24,983 nucleotides of DNA, from the NCBI GenBank assembly GCA_032161105.1, contig JAVHTD010000033.1; one strand, 5' to 3'. Below are positions 1 through 9,309 of the stretch, one piece after another. Below the pieces are notes generated by a model. The model was not told the origin of the DNA, did not search any database, and worked only from the letters and a program-made list of their open reading frames with translations. Position 1 is the stretch's first letter; each line of letters begins with the position of its first letter. The translations under genes were made by a program, and so were the position numbers. The stretch comes from Candidatus Thermosaccharophagus tengchongensis (GTDB taxonomy: Bacteria > Armatimonadota > Fervidibacteria > Fervidibacterales > Thermosaccharophagaceae).

Positions 1-2
1 CC

Positions 3-1469
3 CCGGCAGGCTCAATACTTTCGGCGCTTGAGTTCCTCGTCCATTACCCGTATGGATGCGTTGAGCAAACGATGAGCGGCTTCATGCCGGATGTGCTTGC
101 GCATCGTGCTTGGAATGAATTGGGATGGGCTTTCCCCGAACGGCTTAAAAGGGATTTGCCGAGGATGGTTGGACATGGCTTGGTGAGGCTATACAAATAC
201 CAGCATGAGGATGGCAGCTGGGGATGGTGTTACTATGACGATGCCGATTTGTGGATGACAGCTTATGTTGCCTATGGCTTGCTTGAGTGCCGCAGGAGCG
301 GGTTTGAAGTTGATCCATCCGTTTTGGATGGAGCTGTATCATGGCTCAAGGAGCATTTGCCATCAGCCTTGCGCAATCATTCGGATGATTACGCCTATGC
401 ACTTGCATGCTATGCACTTGCGATGTTGGGCGAACGAAAATTTGCAGTGCCATCACCACAATGGCTTAAGGGGGCAACACCAAAGGCAAGGGCGCTAATT
501 GCTATGGCAGCGATTAACTTGGGTGATAGCGTCACATTCAATGCTGCAATAAGACAACTGGTTAACGACGCTAATGAGGGTGCTGAGGAGTGCACATGGG
601 GAACGGTTGAAGATACAGCGTGGGCGTTACGAGCGTTGTTGTGTGCTGAGGACAGGGTTGATGTGAGTGAACGCCAGAGGCTCCACGAGCTTGCCGACAA
701 GACAGCGAATCACCTCCTCTCAATCCGCACCGGTGAGTGTTGGGAATCAACGAGGCAAACCGCAGTAGCTGTGGCTGCGCTTCTTGATTACCTCAAGAAA
801 CGCCATTGGGCACTGCCGAGGGGAAATTTGACAGCCACCTTGAACGGCGGAAGGCACAGCATCAAGGTTGAGCCAACGCAAGTTTGTCAGCGTGATTTGA
901 TTTTGCGCATCAACATTGAGGAAGTGATAAAGGGCGGTGGTGCACTCACATTGCAGTTTGACGGCAGTGGCACGGTTTACTATTCAGCCATGCTCAATTG
1001 CTTGAAGCGCATCAGCACTCAGACACGCTACATTGCCTCAAGCTGCATCACCGTTACAAGGCATTATAAGCTCGTCACATATGGCGAGGGCGGGAGGGAA
1101 TACTTGAGCGAGTTTGCAGGTCGGTTAAAGTGCCATCAGGGTAGCATCCTTAGATGCACATTAACTGTGAGCAGCTCAAAGCCGCTCAAGTATTTGCTGA
1201 TTGAGGAACCAATCCCAGCCGGTTGCGAGGTTATTGAGAGCGGTGAACTTGAAAGGTCTGAGTGGGATTGGTGGTATGCCGAACGAGATGTCCGTGACGA
1301 AAGGGTCGTTTTCTTCGTCCGGGAAATGCCGCCGGGGAGAAGACAGCTTTCATACATGCTGCGTGTTGAGTGCAATGGAAACTTCACAATACTTCCGACA
1401 ACCGTGAGCGCGATGTATGAGCCAGCCGTTATAAGCAGGGGTTCACCTCACACTCTCACCGTGAAATAA
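3..1469 (+). CDS. Bacterial alpha-2-macroglobulin family protein, C-terminal part (5' truncated by the window)
   Basis: The frame is open from the window start. Upstream of the tracked Met it reads LEFLVHYPYGCVEQTM, with thioester motif GCxEQ at 54-68. This is followed by YQHEDGSWGW, D-x-WMTAYV, W-x-STRQTA, and the C-terminal EPIPAGCE / RDVRDERVVFF / G-x-F-x-x-x-P-x-x-x-x-x-MYEP motifs. Confidence 0.93.
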   Translation, partial: PAGSILSALEFLVHYPYGCVEQTMSGFMPDVLAHRAWNELGWAFPERLKRDLPRMVGHGLVRLYKYQHEDGSWGWCYYDDADLWMTAYVAYGLLECRRSGFEVDPSVLDGAVSWLKEHLPSALRNHSDDYAYALACYALAMLGERKFAVPSPQWLKGATPKARALIAMAAINLGDSVTFNAAIRQLVNDANEGAEECTWGTVEDTAWALRALLCAEDRVDVSERQRLHELADKTANHLLSIRTGECWESTRQTAVAVAALLDYLKKRHWALPRGNLTATLNGGRHSIKVEPTQVCQRDLILRINIEEVIKGGGALTLQFDGSGTVYYSAMLNCLKRISTQTRYIASSCITVTRHYKLVTYGEGGREYLSEFAGRLKCHQGSILRCTLTVSSSKPLKYLLIEEPIPAGCEVIESGELERSEWDWWYAERDVRDERVVFFVREMPPGRRQLSYMLRVECNGNFTILPTTVSAMYEPAVISRGSPHTLTVK

Positions 1470-1617
1470 AATCCCTCCGAAAGCCCGTCGCGCATCATCA
1501 CAGGAGGGCACACATGATACCTCTCTTGAGATGAGTTGAGAATGCGTCAACGATGCCCGCGAATAATGGCGGTGTCATCTTGGTGATATCTTGGCTAAGC
1601 CATTGGGGACAGCCATC

Positions 1618-1661
1618 AAAAAAGAGGAGTGCCCCGCAAGGTAACAACCTTGCGGGGCACT
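1618..1661 (-). terminator. Intrinsic terminator of the SLH/beta-barrel gene
   Basis: Perfect 14-bp stem AGTGCCCCGCAAGG / CCTTGCGGGGCACT (1628-1661) with a 6-nt loop. On the minus strand it is followed by CCTCTTTTTT, 30 nt past the stop codon. Confidence 0.88.
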
Positions 1662-1690
1662 GTGTTCAGAGCCCGAGGGGCGACACGCCA

Positions 1691-3436
1691 TCAGAATTTG
1701 TAGCTGCCGCCCAACCGGATGAAGTGCCTATCGTTGCCATTAATTTTGGCGTTGTAGTAGCCGTAAAGCGCATCCAGGTTGATTCGCTCACCGAGCACCC
1801 ACCTGTAGCCAACTGTCAAAGCCCAGCCGAGGTCTGTGCCATCAGTGGCGTCACCGCTGAACCAGCGCACATTCAACCAGTTGCCGGCTATCTTCCATGC
1901 CAGACGGACGTCAAGCACATTGCGCAACATTACACCGGTAGGTGTTAGTGCGCCGATTGCTGGCAAGCCCGGACGGAACAGTAGCTCGCCCCTGGAGAGA
2001 TAGAATGGAAAGAGCACCGACGCAGGATGCGGTGCGTAGCCCTTGTCGCTTGACGCCCACGAGAAATCAAGCTTGAGTGACGGCAAGTTGAGCACATTCA
2101 AGTCAATCCACCACAGGTTCTCGCCCTCGGGATCGGCATTATCCCAATCCTTGTCAGTGTAGACCCACTCAGCACGCACCTTCGTCAGGTAATTGCCCTC
2201 GGGGAAGATGTCAAAGTGCAGGTCAGCACCATAACCCTTGTAGTCGCCAATACCGGTGTAAAGCGCGTTTGCACCGACATGCCAGCGCTCTTCGTCAGTC
2301 CTCCACGAGAGCCTCGCTCCAAACACGCCGTCATTTTCAGGGATCTTTATTCCCCAGGTGTTGTAGCCCCTAAAGTCGTCATTCGCGTCCACATCGGCTG
2401 CGAGCAAGCTCAGGTTTATTGAACCAAATGCGCGGTCCCAGCGCACTCCATCAAATGCCGAGAACTGGTTATCAAGCAAGAAGCCGTAGCCATACTTGAC
2501 GAATTGCCTGCCAAGGACAAGTTGCCCACCGATTATTGGTGCAGGACCTGTGAGCTTACCCTCATAGATGTCAATGCGGCCAGTGTCCCTAATCCTGTCC
2601 TCCGTCCCGTTAACCCACAACAGGTGCAGGTTGGCATTCCAGTCTTCGTTCACACGGAAGCCGAGGTTCAGGTCAGCACGCAAGAAGCCGTAACGATCCT
2701 CAGGCCAGTCAAGTGAATCCATATCGGGGCTAACATCACTGAGCCAGTCAACCGTATATGATGCAGAACCCTCAACGCTAAGCCTCGGGACGCCAACTGC
2801 TGCTGTCTCCTCCAGCTTCCTCACACGCTCCTCAAGTGCTCCCATGCGCTCCTCAACTTGCTTGAGCTCGGCACGGAACTCGTCACGCAAGCGGTTGATT
2901 AACTCCTCAAGCTTCTTCACATCCACAGCCACGGGTGGCTTAGCTGCCAGATACTTCTCCACGGCTGCCTGAATCTCCTCTGGCGTTGGTGGGCGCCCAG
3001 GTGGACCTGGAGGACCTTGTGGACCCTCTGGACCCCTCGGACCTTCTGGACCACGCGGACCTTCAGGACCTCTCGGACCCTCTGGACCTGCTGGACCCCT
3101 CGGACCTTCTGGACCACGCGGACCCTCTGGACCCCTCGGACCTTCTGGACCTGGCGGACCTTGGAGCAGCTTACGCCATTCGGGGTCGGTGCGTATCTTG
3201 TTCAGGACACGCCAGACAGCCAGAGCAAACTCGTATCGTGTCAGAGGTTGTGAACCCTTGAAAGTCCCGTCTGGGTAGCCCTCAAGGATGCCCCACTCAA
3301 CGAGTTGGCGCACCGCTTGATACGCCCAGTGGGTTGGTGGAACATCCTTTGTCTGTGCAGATGCCATTGAGCGGAAGCCAATGGTGAAGAAGGTTACTGC
3401 TACCGTTCCGACAACCATCCAACTTACTTTCCGCAA
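1691..3436 (-). CDS. SLH-domain outer-membrane beta-barrel protein (OmpM/SlpA-like) with a collagen-like insert
   Basis: TTG start with AAGGAGG RBS and a signal peptide ending ASA-Q. SLH motif [12 protein letters not shown]...[13 protein letters not shown]...LTRYEFA, then (G-P-X)n, then coiled coil ([25 protein letters not shown]). The C-terminal region is beta-strand rich and ends in YKF. Confidence 0.88.
   Translation of the reverse strand: MRKVSWMVVGTVAVTFFTIGFRSMASAQTKDVPPTHWAYQAVRQLVEWGILEGYPDGTFKGSQPLTRYEFALAVWRVLNKIRTDPEWRKLLQGPPGPEGPRGPEGPRGPEGPRGPAGPEGPRGPEGPRGPEGPRGPEGPQGPPGPPGRPPTPEEIQAAVEKYLAAKPPVAVDVKKLEELINRLRDEFRAELKQVEERMGALEERVRKLEETAAVGVPRLSVEGSASYTVDWLSDVSPDMDSLDWPEDRYGFLRADLNLGFRVNEDWNANLHLLWVNGTEDRIRDTGRIDIYEGKLTGPAPIIGGQLVLGRQFVKYGYGFLLDNQFSAFDGVRWDRAFGSINLSLLAADVDANDDFRGYNTWGIKIPENDGVFGARLSWRTDEERWHVGANALYTGIGDYKGYGADLHFDIFPEGNYLTKVRAEWVYTDKDWDNADPEGENLWWIDLNVLNLPSLKLDFSWASSDKGYAPHPASVLFPFYLSRGELLFRPGLPAIGALTPTGVMLRNVLDVRLAWKIAGNWLNVRWFSGDATDGTDLGWALTVGYRWVLGERINLDALYGYYNAKINGNDRHFIRLGGSYKF
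2990..3160 (-). repeat. Coding 9/18-bp tandem repeat encoding 19 Gly-X-Y triplets (mostly GPE-GPR)
   Basis: Repeated GGACCYTCT/GGACCMCKC units on the + strand; the translation is [15 protein letters not shown]...[12 protein letters not shown]. Confidence 0.95.
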
Positions 3437-3670
3437 GGCTCATCCCTCCTTACCACCACTTGTGGGATTGATTTAACGGCTTCGCATGCTGCGTTTATGC
3501 TTCATCACACACCGCCCGCTTGGGCAGGATTTGACCACCACTCGCAAGCCAACGCGCCTTGCGGCAGCTTCTCATGGGGTGCATGGAATGAGTTTGCTGA
3601 GCATCCATCGTTTCCTCAGCTCACCATTCCTACCCCTTTTCCTGCGTGCCGCAAGCGCCTTCCTTCCCAC

Positions 3671-3681
3671 ATCACCTCCTT
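3671..3681 (-). promoter_or_regulatory. Perfect orphan Shine-Dalgarno sequence (AAGGAGGTGAT) near the 5' end of the long SLH-gene leader
   Basis: ATCACCTCCTT on the + strand, ~235 nt upstream of the start codon and ~25 nt downstream of the predicted transcription start. Only short uORFs follow it. Confidence 0.55.
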
Positions 3682-3711
3682 GTTTTTAAGGTGCAACCTT
3701 TTTCGTCCATC

Positions 3712-3740
3712 ATTATAGCAGCATTGCTTCCAGTTGTAAA
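3712..3740 (-). promoter_or_regulatory. Sigma70-type promoter P1 of the SLH gene
   Basis: Minus strand: TTTACA (3740-3735), 17 bp, TATAAT (3717-3712), with an extended -10 TGn. Confidence 0.75.
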
Positions 3741-3793
3741 GCTGCACTCGGCTATGCGTTAGTAGCAGGTGCAACTTTACATTTCGGTGTCAC

Positions 3794-3821
3794 ATTATAG
3801 CGCACGCTTGCGCGGTGTAAA
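3794..3821 (-). promoter_or_regulatory. Sigma70-type promoter P2 of the SLH gene
   Basis: Minus strand: TTTACA (3821-3816), 16 bp, TATAAT (3799-3794). Confidence 0.6.
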
Positions 3822-3970
3822 CGATCCAAGTTCAACTTTGATTTAACTCGGTGATCAATTCGGTGTGGTGCATAATTGGGGTGTGCAAGGCACTCGCGAT
3901 CGGAAGTTGGCTGATGTCGCTGTGATGGCGAGGCATTTACGGGCATAGTGTAATAAGGGGTGAGTGAGCG

Positions 3971-4894
3971 ATGCATGAGTGGGTTGAGATCAGCATAACC
4001 ACTGATGCTTGTGGGGCTGACATAGCATCAGCATTGCTGATCATGATTGGTTGCAATGGCACCGTTCAAGACAATGGAGGTGGCGATGGGATTGTCGTTA
4101 GAGGTTATCTGCCCGCAAGTGATGAAATCGTTGAGCTCGTTGATTGGCTATACCGACGCATGAAAGTGGCGCACAAAGAGGGTTTGACAAAGCACCCCGC
4201 AAAGATAAGCGTTAATTTGGTTGAGCGCTCCGATTGGGAAGAACAATGGCTGTCGGAACTTGAGCCGTTGATGATTGGGCGATTGTTCTTAGTGACACTG
4301 CCATCGCTTGAAGGGAAGGCGAGCCCAGTCCTTGAAGCGCATTCCAGAATCAAGGTCGTCATATCGGCAGCTGGCGGCTTTGGGACTGGACATCACCCGA
4401 CAACGAGGATGTGCCTTGAGTTGATGGAGGAGATAAGTGGCAGGTTTGTCGGTGCCGATGTGCTTGATGTTGGATGCGGTTCTGGGATACTCTCAATAGC
4501 TGCTGCAAAGCTTGGTGCGCGCTCTGTCACCGCAGTTGACATTGAGCGGAGCGCGCTTGAATGCACGCTCCGAAATGCATCGCTCAATGGTGTTCGTGAT
4601 AGAGTCCGGGTCAAACTGAGCGATCTTGCGAGTGCCGTTGACGGAAGCTACGATATCATCCTCTCAAACTTGCTCACGGAACTTGTTCAAAGGCTTGCCA
4701 TTCAAATTCACTCAAAGCGCCTTTTGCGCACTCACGGCGTGGGGAAGGCTTATTGGATAGCATCCGGCATACCGGTTCACAAATTTGACGAGGCTACATG
4801 GAGGGGCGAGTTGGCGAAACTCGGCATGCGCATAGTCAGCATTCGCAGGGATGAGTTTTGGGTCGCATTCATGGCAGTCAATGAGCGCAGATGA
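3971..4894 (+). CDS. prmA: Ribosomal protein L11 methyltransferase
   Basis: FGTGHHPTT motif, SAM-binding VLDVGCGSGILSIAAAKLGA, DW..QW motif; lies directly upstream of rsmE. Confidence 0.93.
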   Translation: MHEWVEISITTDACGADIASALLIMIGCNGTVQDNGGGDGIVVRGYLPASDEIVELVDWLYRRMKVAHKEGLTKHPAKISVNLVERSDWEEQWLSELEPLMIGRLFLVTLPSLEGKASPVLEAHSRIKVVISAAGGFGTGHHPTTRMCLELMEEISGRFVGADVLDVGCGSGILSIAAAKLGARSVTAVDIERSALECTLRNASLNGVRDRVRVKLSDLASAVDGSYDIILSNLLTELVQRLAIQIHSKRLLRTHGVGKAYWIASGIPVHKFDEATWRGELAKLGMRIVSIRRDEFWVAFMAVNERR

Positions 4895-4908
4895 GGTGCG
4901 CATGAGCT

Positions 4909-5649
4909 GTGCATGTGTATCGTCTATACGCGCCAATTCAACCGAGGGTTGGACTTGTGAGCCTGAGGGGCGATGTAGCGCATAGGATTATCAATGTTCT
5001 GAGGATGCGTCTCGGTGACGAATTTGCGTTGACCGACGGTGAAGGGAATGAGATGCGCGCAAGGATAATCACGATGCAGCGAGGTGAAGTGGTCGCTGAG
5101 GTATATGAAGTCAGTCAGCCATCAAGGGAGCCGAACATGCATACCTGTCTTGCGGTCGCCCTCTTGAAGGGCGAAAGGTTTGATTGGCTGATTCAGAAGG
5201 CAACGGAAATCGGCGTGAGAGAGATACTGCCGCTTCTAACGAGAAACACCGTGGTGCGCGCTTCTCGGGATGAGTTGCACAAGAAGAGGAAGCGTTGGCT
5301 CTCAATAGCCATAAGTGCAATGGAGCAATCTGGCGGATGCTTCGTTCCGACTGTGCATGAGCCAACATCCCTATCTGAAGCGTTGGTGAGGATGAAGGAT
5401 TGCGATGTCCGCATTATGCTCCATGAAGGGGCGAGGCTTACTTTGCGTCAAGCCATCGGCGAATTGAGGTGTGTGAAAAGCGCAGCATTGCTCATCGGTC
5501 CTGAGGGTGGGTTTGACGATGCTGAGGTTAAGGAAGCTATCTCACACGGTGCAATGGTGGTGAGCTTAGGCAAGCGCATACTGCGTGCGGAGACAGCGGC
5601 AATAGTTGGTGCTTCAATACTTTTACATTGCCTTGCTCAATCCGAATGA
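4909..5649 (+). CDS. rsmE: 16S rRNA m3U1498 methyltransferase
   Basis: H...VLRM, K..RFDWLIQKATEIGV, EQS, IGPEGGF and SLGKRILRAETA motifs. Confidence 0.96.
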   Translation: MHVYRLYAPIQPRVGLVSLRGDVAHRIINVLRMRLGDEFALTDGEGNEMRARIITMQRGEVVAEVYEVSQPSREPNMHTCLAVALLKGERFDWLIQKATEIGVREILPLLTRNTVVRASRDELHKKRKRWLSIAISAMEQSGGCFVPTVHEPTSLSEALVRMKDCDVRIMLHEGARLTLRQAIGELRCVKSAALLIGPEGGFDDAEVKEAISHGAMVVSLGKRILRAETAAIVGASILLHCLAQSE

Positions 5650-5755
5650 TACCCGAAGCGGGCATTTGGCACAACCAAGTAAGCAGCAGCCACCTCGTAA
5701 AGTTGCACTTCAAATTGCAGCGCGGGAATGCGAGAGGGGCAAAGAGGGATAGCCA

Positions 5756-7468
5756 ATGCGAGTGATTGCAAGCAGAGCTACATGGGTTAATTCAATGTCG
5801 GTGGCGATGTTAACGATGTTATTTGTGTTGTCATCCGAGCTGTGCGCCGCCTCTGCGGGCAAAGGCGACGAGATTCAAGGTGTGGCATGTGAGGTTAAAG
5901 GGTGTAAATGCATTGCAGCTCTGATAAGCCAGGTAAACGCTATTGCGCAGCGTCTCTCGGTAGCACAGCGCATCTCTGGCAGGTTGATTGTGAGCAAGCT
6001 CGTAAAACTCAAGCGCCTGTATGGGAGCAATTTCAGCATGCATGGGCGTGCGACCTCGTTATTGGCGTGGCTGAGCAGAGAGCCGATGTGCATCTTTGCA
6101 ACGGAGCCATTTGATGGGGAGCCAACCGCTTTCCCCGGCGATGGCGTGCTCATTTATGGCGCTGTTGAGTCCGGCGCTGTGGTGACGGTAAATGGCACTG
6201 TGGCGCCGCTGGATGAGCGTGGCAGGTTTGCAGTCATTGCGGGACTTAAGCCGAATGGAAGTTGCATAACGATCTCCGTTGCAAAGGGCGGGTTGAAAAA
6301 GGAGTGGAAAGCCAGCGTGCCGGTTAAGCTTGATAAAAGGTTGGATTTGCTTGATGAGCTATGTAAGCGTGCGGAGGAATTTGGGATGCGCCTTGAGGGC
6401 GCTCGCACAATCCTCAATGAAGCGTTGAGAAGGGCATCAGCAGGTCAGTATGGGCGTCGTGATGCCAAACGCTTGGATGAAATTATTGGTCATGTCAAAG
6501 TCAGCCTAATTCAGCACAGGCTAAGCATGCTGGCTGGTTCATCATGCGCTCAACTTAGAGCGCTCTGGGAAATAGCGCGCACATTCGTTGCAGCGGGCGA
6601 TATTAACCGTGCCGAATTAATACTTGAGCAGCTTGAGGCATACAGAGGGGCTGATCCAAACGATGTGCCGTGCAAAGTTGAGCCTGTGCTACGGGACAGA
6701 GATTGGTGCTACAGCATCTCAAATGGCTACATGAGCGCAGTCCTATCACGCCGTGGCGGGCGAGTGGTTGAATTGCGCTCGTTTGGGATACCAATGCTCG
6801 GTGAGGATGGCATAACTGACGACCTCGGAGGTGAAGCCGGGCGGAGGGACTGGGTGCTCATAGTTGAGCATGCTTCAGATGAGTCAGTGTTGCTCAAGGC
6901 ACATACATTTGTCGGAAACGAAGTTGAAGTCAGTCGCGTCGTCAGTTTAGTTAAAGGCTCTCCGCTGCTCATGCTGCATTATTGCATCTCCAACCAAGCG
7001 CAAAGTGATGTCGCCTCAAGGTGGCGTCTTCTCATTCACCCGGCGATAGGCTACAAAGATGGCGGTGGCAATCCAATGTGGGACACCCTGTTTATGCCGT
7101 CCTCTGAGCACCCACGCATCGTTATCTCTACGAGCCGCTCTGGAGGCGCATTCAAGCGCATACCTTTGAAGCCGGCTGAAGATGTAGTTGGCGCATACGA
7201 TAGCGCGTATAAGGCTGGCTTGGGCATCATCTTTGATAGGAAGGTCTTTAATGCCCATGTGTTGTATGACGGCTCTCGGTATGCTTTTGAGCTCTCGTTG
7301 AATCCGAGCCACTCAGCGAATTCGCAAAAGGGCAAAGTTGAGTTTGCGCTGTCAGTAGCAGTAGTTGTGGGATGCGAGAGCTACAGAAGCTTTGGCGAGG
7401 CGCTGCGCACAATCGCAATGGGGATGCGCGATTGGAAGACAACGCCGCTTATAGGTCGTCCCAAATGA
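5756..7468 (+). CDS. Secreted hypothetical protein with an Ig-like module, a helical region and a possible mutarotase-like beta-sandwich C-terminus
   Basis: GAGGG RBS and hydrophobic signal peptide. Ig-like motif IYGAVESGAVVTVNG...DERGRF. ISNGYMSAVLSRRGGRVVEL resembles the start of a galactose-mutarotase-like fold. The domain calls are by eye. Confidence 0.65.
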   Translation: MRVIASRATWVNSMSVAMLTMLFVLSSELCAASAGKGDEIQGVACEVKGCKCIAALISQVNAIAQRLSVAQRISGRLIVSKLVKLKRLYGSNFSMHGRATSLLAWLSREPMCIFATEPFDGEPTAFPGDGVLIYGAVESGAVVTVNGTVAPLDERGRFAVIAGLKPNGSCITISVAKGGLKKEWKASVPVKLDKRLDLLDELCKRAEEFGMRLEGARTILNEALRRASAGQYGRRDAKRLDEIIGHVKVSLIQHRLSMLAGSSCAQLRALWEIARTFVAAGDINRAELILEQLEAYRGADPNDVPCKVEPVLRDRDWCYSISNGYMSAVLSRRGGRVVELRSFGIPMLGEDGITDDLGGEAGRRDWVLIVEHASDESVLLKAHTFVGNEVEVSRVVSLVKGSPLLMLHYCISNQAQSDVASRWRLLIHPAIGYKDGGGNPMWDTLFMPSSEHPRIVISTSRSGGAFKRIPLKPAEDVVGAYDSAYKAGLGIIFDRKVFNAHVLYDGSRYAFELSLNPSHSANSQKGKVEFALSVAVVVGCESYRSFGEALRTIAMGMRDWKTTPLIGRPK

Positions 7469-7560
7469 ATCGCCTCAATTGCCTGATGGGTGGTGAGACA
7501 CTGAAAGCCGCTTGGTTGCTCAAAGGGATAGTGCCAAGCCGATGGCGTTCAATTGCCCAC

Positions 7561-9309
7561 TCAGTTTATCGCAAGGCGCCAACGCGGCATCTTCTGTGGG
7601 CGCTTTAATAACAGGAGCGCAAATACGGACGGATTGCGAAAGTCATTTGCCCAACCGAATGCCGCCATCTGTTTTGCCCTCCCGCCCCTTTCGTCAGCGT
7701 CATCAACGAGCACATCAAAGCTTATTGCGGGCAACCCTTTAAAGGTGGTCATCGGTATCATCAATTCAAATTCGTATCCCGTCGCTGTAAAGTTGGACTC
7801 CACGCTTACGCCATGCCACTTGCCACTCGGCTTAACGAATGTCGGCTCAACTTCATCAAACGACCACGAGGCAATGCGCACAGCTTCGCTTCCGGGGACA
7901 ACAGCGAGCATCGTCACATCCTCGTCAAAGAATGGTTTCCCCTGCATTTGTGGCTGGCGATGGTCAATGAAAATCTCAACGCAATCACCGAGCAGCAGGC
8001 AGCTGAAGTCCCATGTTGGCTTAGCAATGACAACATCGTCACTCACTGCGATGGTCATCTTTAGGAATTTGCCATCGCTTGAGCAGCGCAGGCGCATGCG
8101 AAAGCTCAAGTCATCCCGACCACGCCAGTGCCGTTCACCGAAGGTGATGTGTTCACGACTCGCGAATTCAAGCCAGCCATCAATGCGCTGGTTGCCAAGC
8201 CACATTGCCGAATTGTCACAGTATAGCGCTGGTGTCCATGTCGCCCATTTCGCGTCCCAACCAAAGCCGTCGTTGCAGCGCGCAATCGCCGTTATGCGTT
8301 CTCGGACAAACTTCAGCAAATGGGTCATGGGTGGCTTTAGCTTGAGCTTGCATTCAGCAGTTGACTCGGCATCAACTGCAGCTGTCCAGTGATGCCATAC
8401 ACCAGCATGGTCAACCATCAGCTCAGCTCCCAACGGCTTTTGGGAGAAGTTGACGACGGCTATCGGCAGCTCAACTGTTGCACCGCTTTCAAGCCATGTG
8501 ACTCCAGTTCCGATGCGCACATCCAATTGGCGCTCAATGCCGAGCATGCGGTGAAGCGCCTTCCACAGTTCCCTCGCCATAATCACATGGCTGTATTCGC
8601 CGGGGTGAGTTGGTGGCGGTGAAAACCAACCGCGAAAGTCATGCTCATGCTCATGCAGCGCACGGTCAAAATCAGCCAGGGTGACATTGGTCTCCCTTGC
8701 GAGCTTTCGTATGGCTTCGGCGACGGGCGAGTCGGGCTTCAAATTTTGGAATGGCGGGACGATAAGTATGATGCTCGCCTTGCTATCCTTGCGCAACCTT
8801 TCAATCATGCTCGCCAAGTTCGCTTTGACGGCTTCCGGATGATAGCGCAGGCGTGAATCATTTCCGCCGAATTGCAGCAGCACCAAGTCGGGCGAGTTTA
8901 AAATGACAAAGTCAATCTCACGGACGCCGACTTCGGTGGTTGCTCCGGGTATGCCATACCTTATGAGCTTCACCCTCGTTGGCGCAAGCCACTTGGCGAG
9001 CATGCGCGAAAACAATTCGGCGTAGCAATCCTCCTCCGGGTTATCCAAGCCAACGCCGGCAGTGATTGAATCTCCGAGGGAGACAATGACGATGCCATCT
9101 TTGTTGCGCCATCGTTCTAAGAGTTCGCTACCCACTTTGGCGGCAGCGGTTGCCGGCTCACCCGATGCAGCATTAACTCCCGAAACGGAGCGCACCAAGC
9201 AAAAGCTCAGCAAAGCCGTAACAGCCGTGATCGCAATAACCCTTGAATTGCGCCGCTTCATGCTGCATCCCATCTTTGGGGTCACTTTGCCTTCGGCTTC
9301 ACCATGCAT
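7561..9309 (-). CDS. SGNH/GDSL hydrolase with a C-terminal CBM9/DOMON-like sugar-binding domain
   Basis: Blocks LGDSITAG, GIPGAT, QFGGND and THP. The C-terminus has W.G.DDLS, AVSDDV, GDCVEIFID, GYEFEL.IP and FDVLVDDAD. Signal peptide from M at 9261 (alternative start); the ATG at 9309 overlaps the apgM stop (TAATG). Confidence 0.85.
   Translation of the reverse strand: MHGEAEGKVTPKMGCSMKRRNSRVIAITAVTALLSFCLVRSVSGVNAASGEPATAAAKVGSELLERWRNKDGIVIVSLGDSITAGVGLDNPEEDCYAELFSRMLAKWLAPTRVKLIRYGIPGATTEVGVREIDFVILNSPDLVLLQFGGNDSRLRYHPEAVKANLASMIERLRKDSKASIILIVPPFQNLKPDSPVAEAIRKLARETNVTLADFDRALHEHEHDFRGWFSPPPTHPGEYSHVIMARELWKALHRMLGIERQLDVRIGTGVTWLESGATVELPIAVVNFSQKPLGAELMVDHAGVWHHWTAAVDAESTAECKLKLKPPMTHLLKFVRERITAIARCNDGFGWDAKWATWTPALYCDNSAMWLGNQRIDGWLEFASREHITFGERHWRGRDDLSFRMRLRCSSDGKFLKMTIAVSDDVVIAKPTWDFSCLLLGDCVEIFIDHRQPQMQGKPFFDEDVTMLAVVPGSEAVRIASWSFDEVEPTFVKPSGKWHGVSVESNFTATGYEFELMIPMTTFKGLPAISFDVLVDDADERGGRAKQMAAFGWANDFRNPSVFALLLLKRPQKMPRWRLAIN

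Noticed and set aside
2917..3261. Repetitive ORFs in alternative frames
   Set aside because: They are by-products of the 9-bp collagen-coding repeat.
7553..8392. 279-aa plus-strand ORF
   Set aside because: It is the antisense shadow of the SGNH/CBM9 gene.
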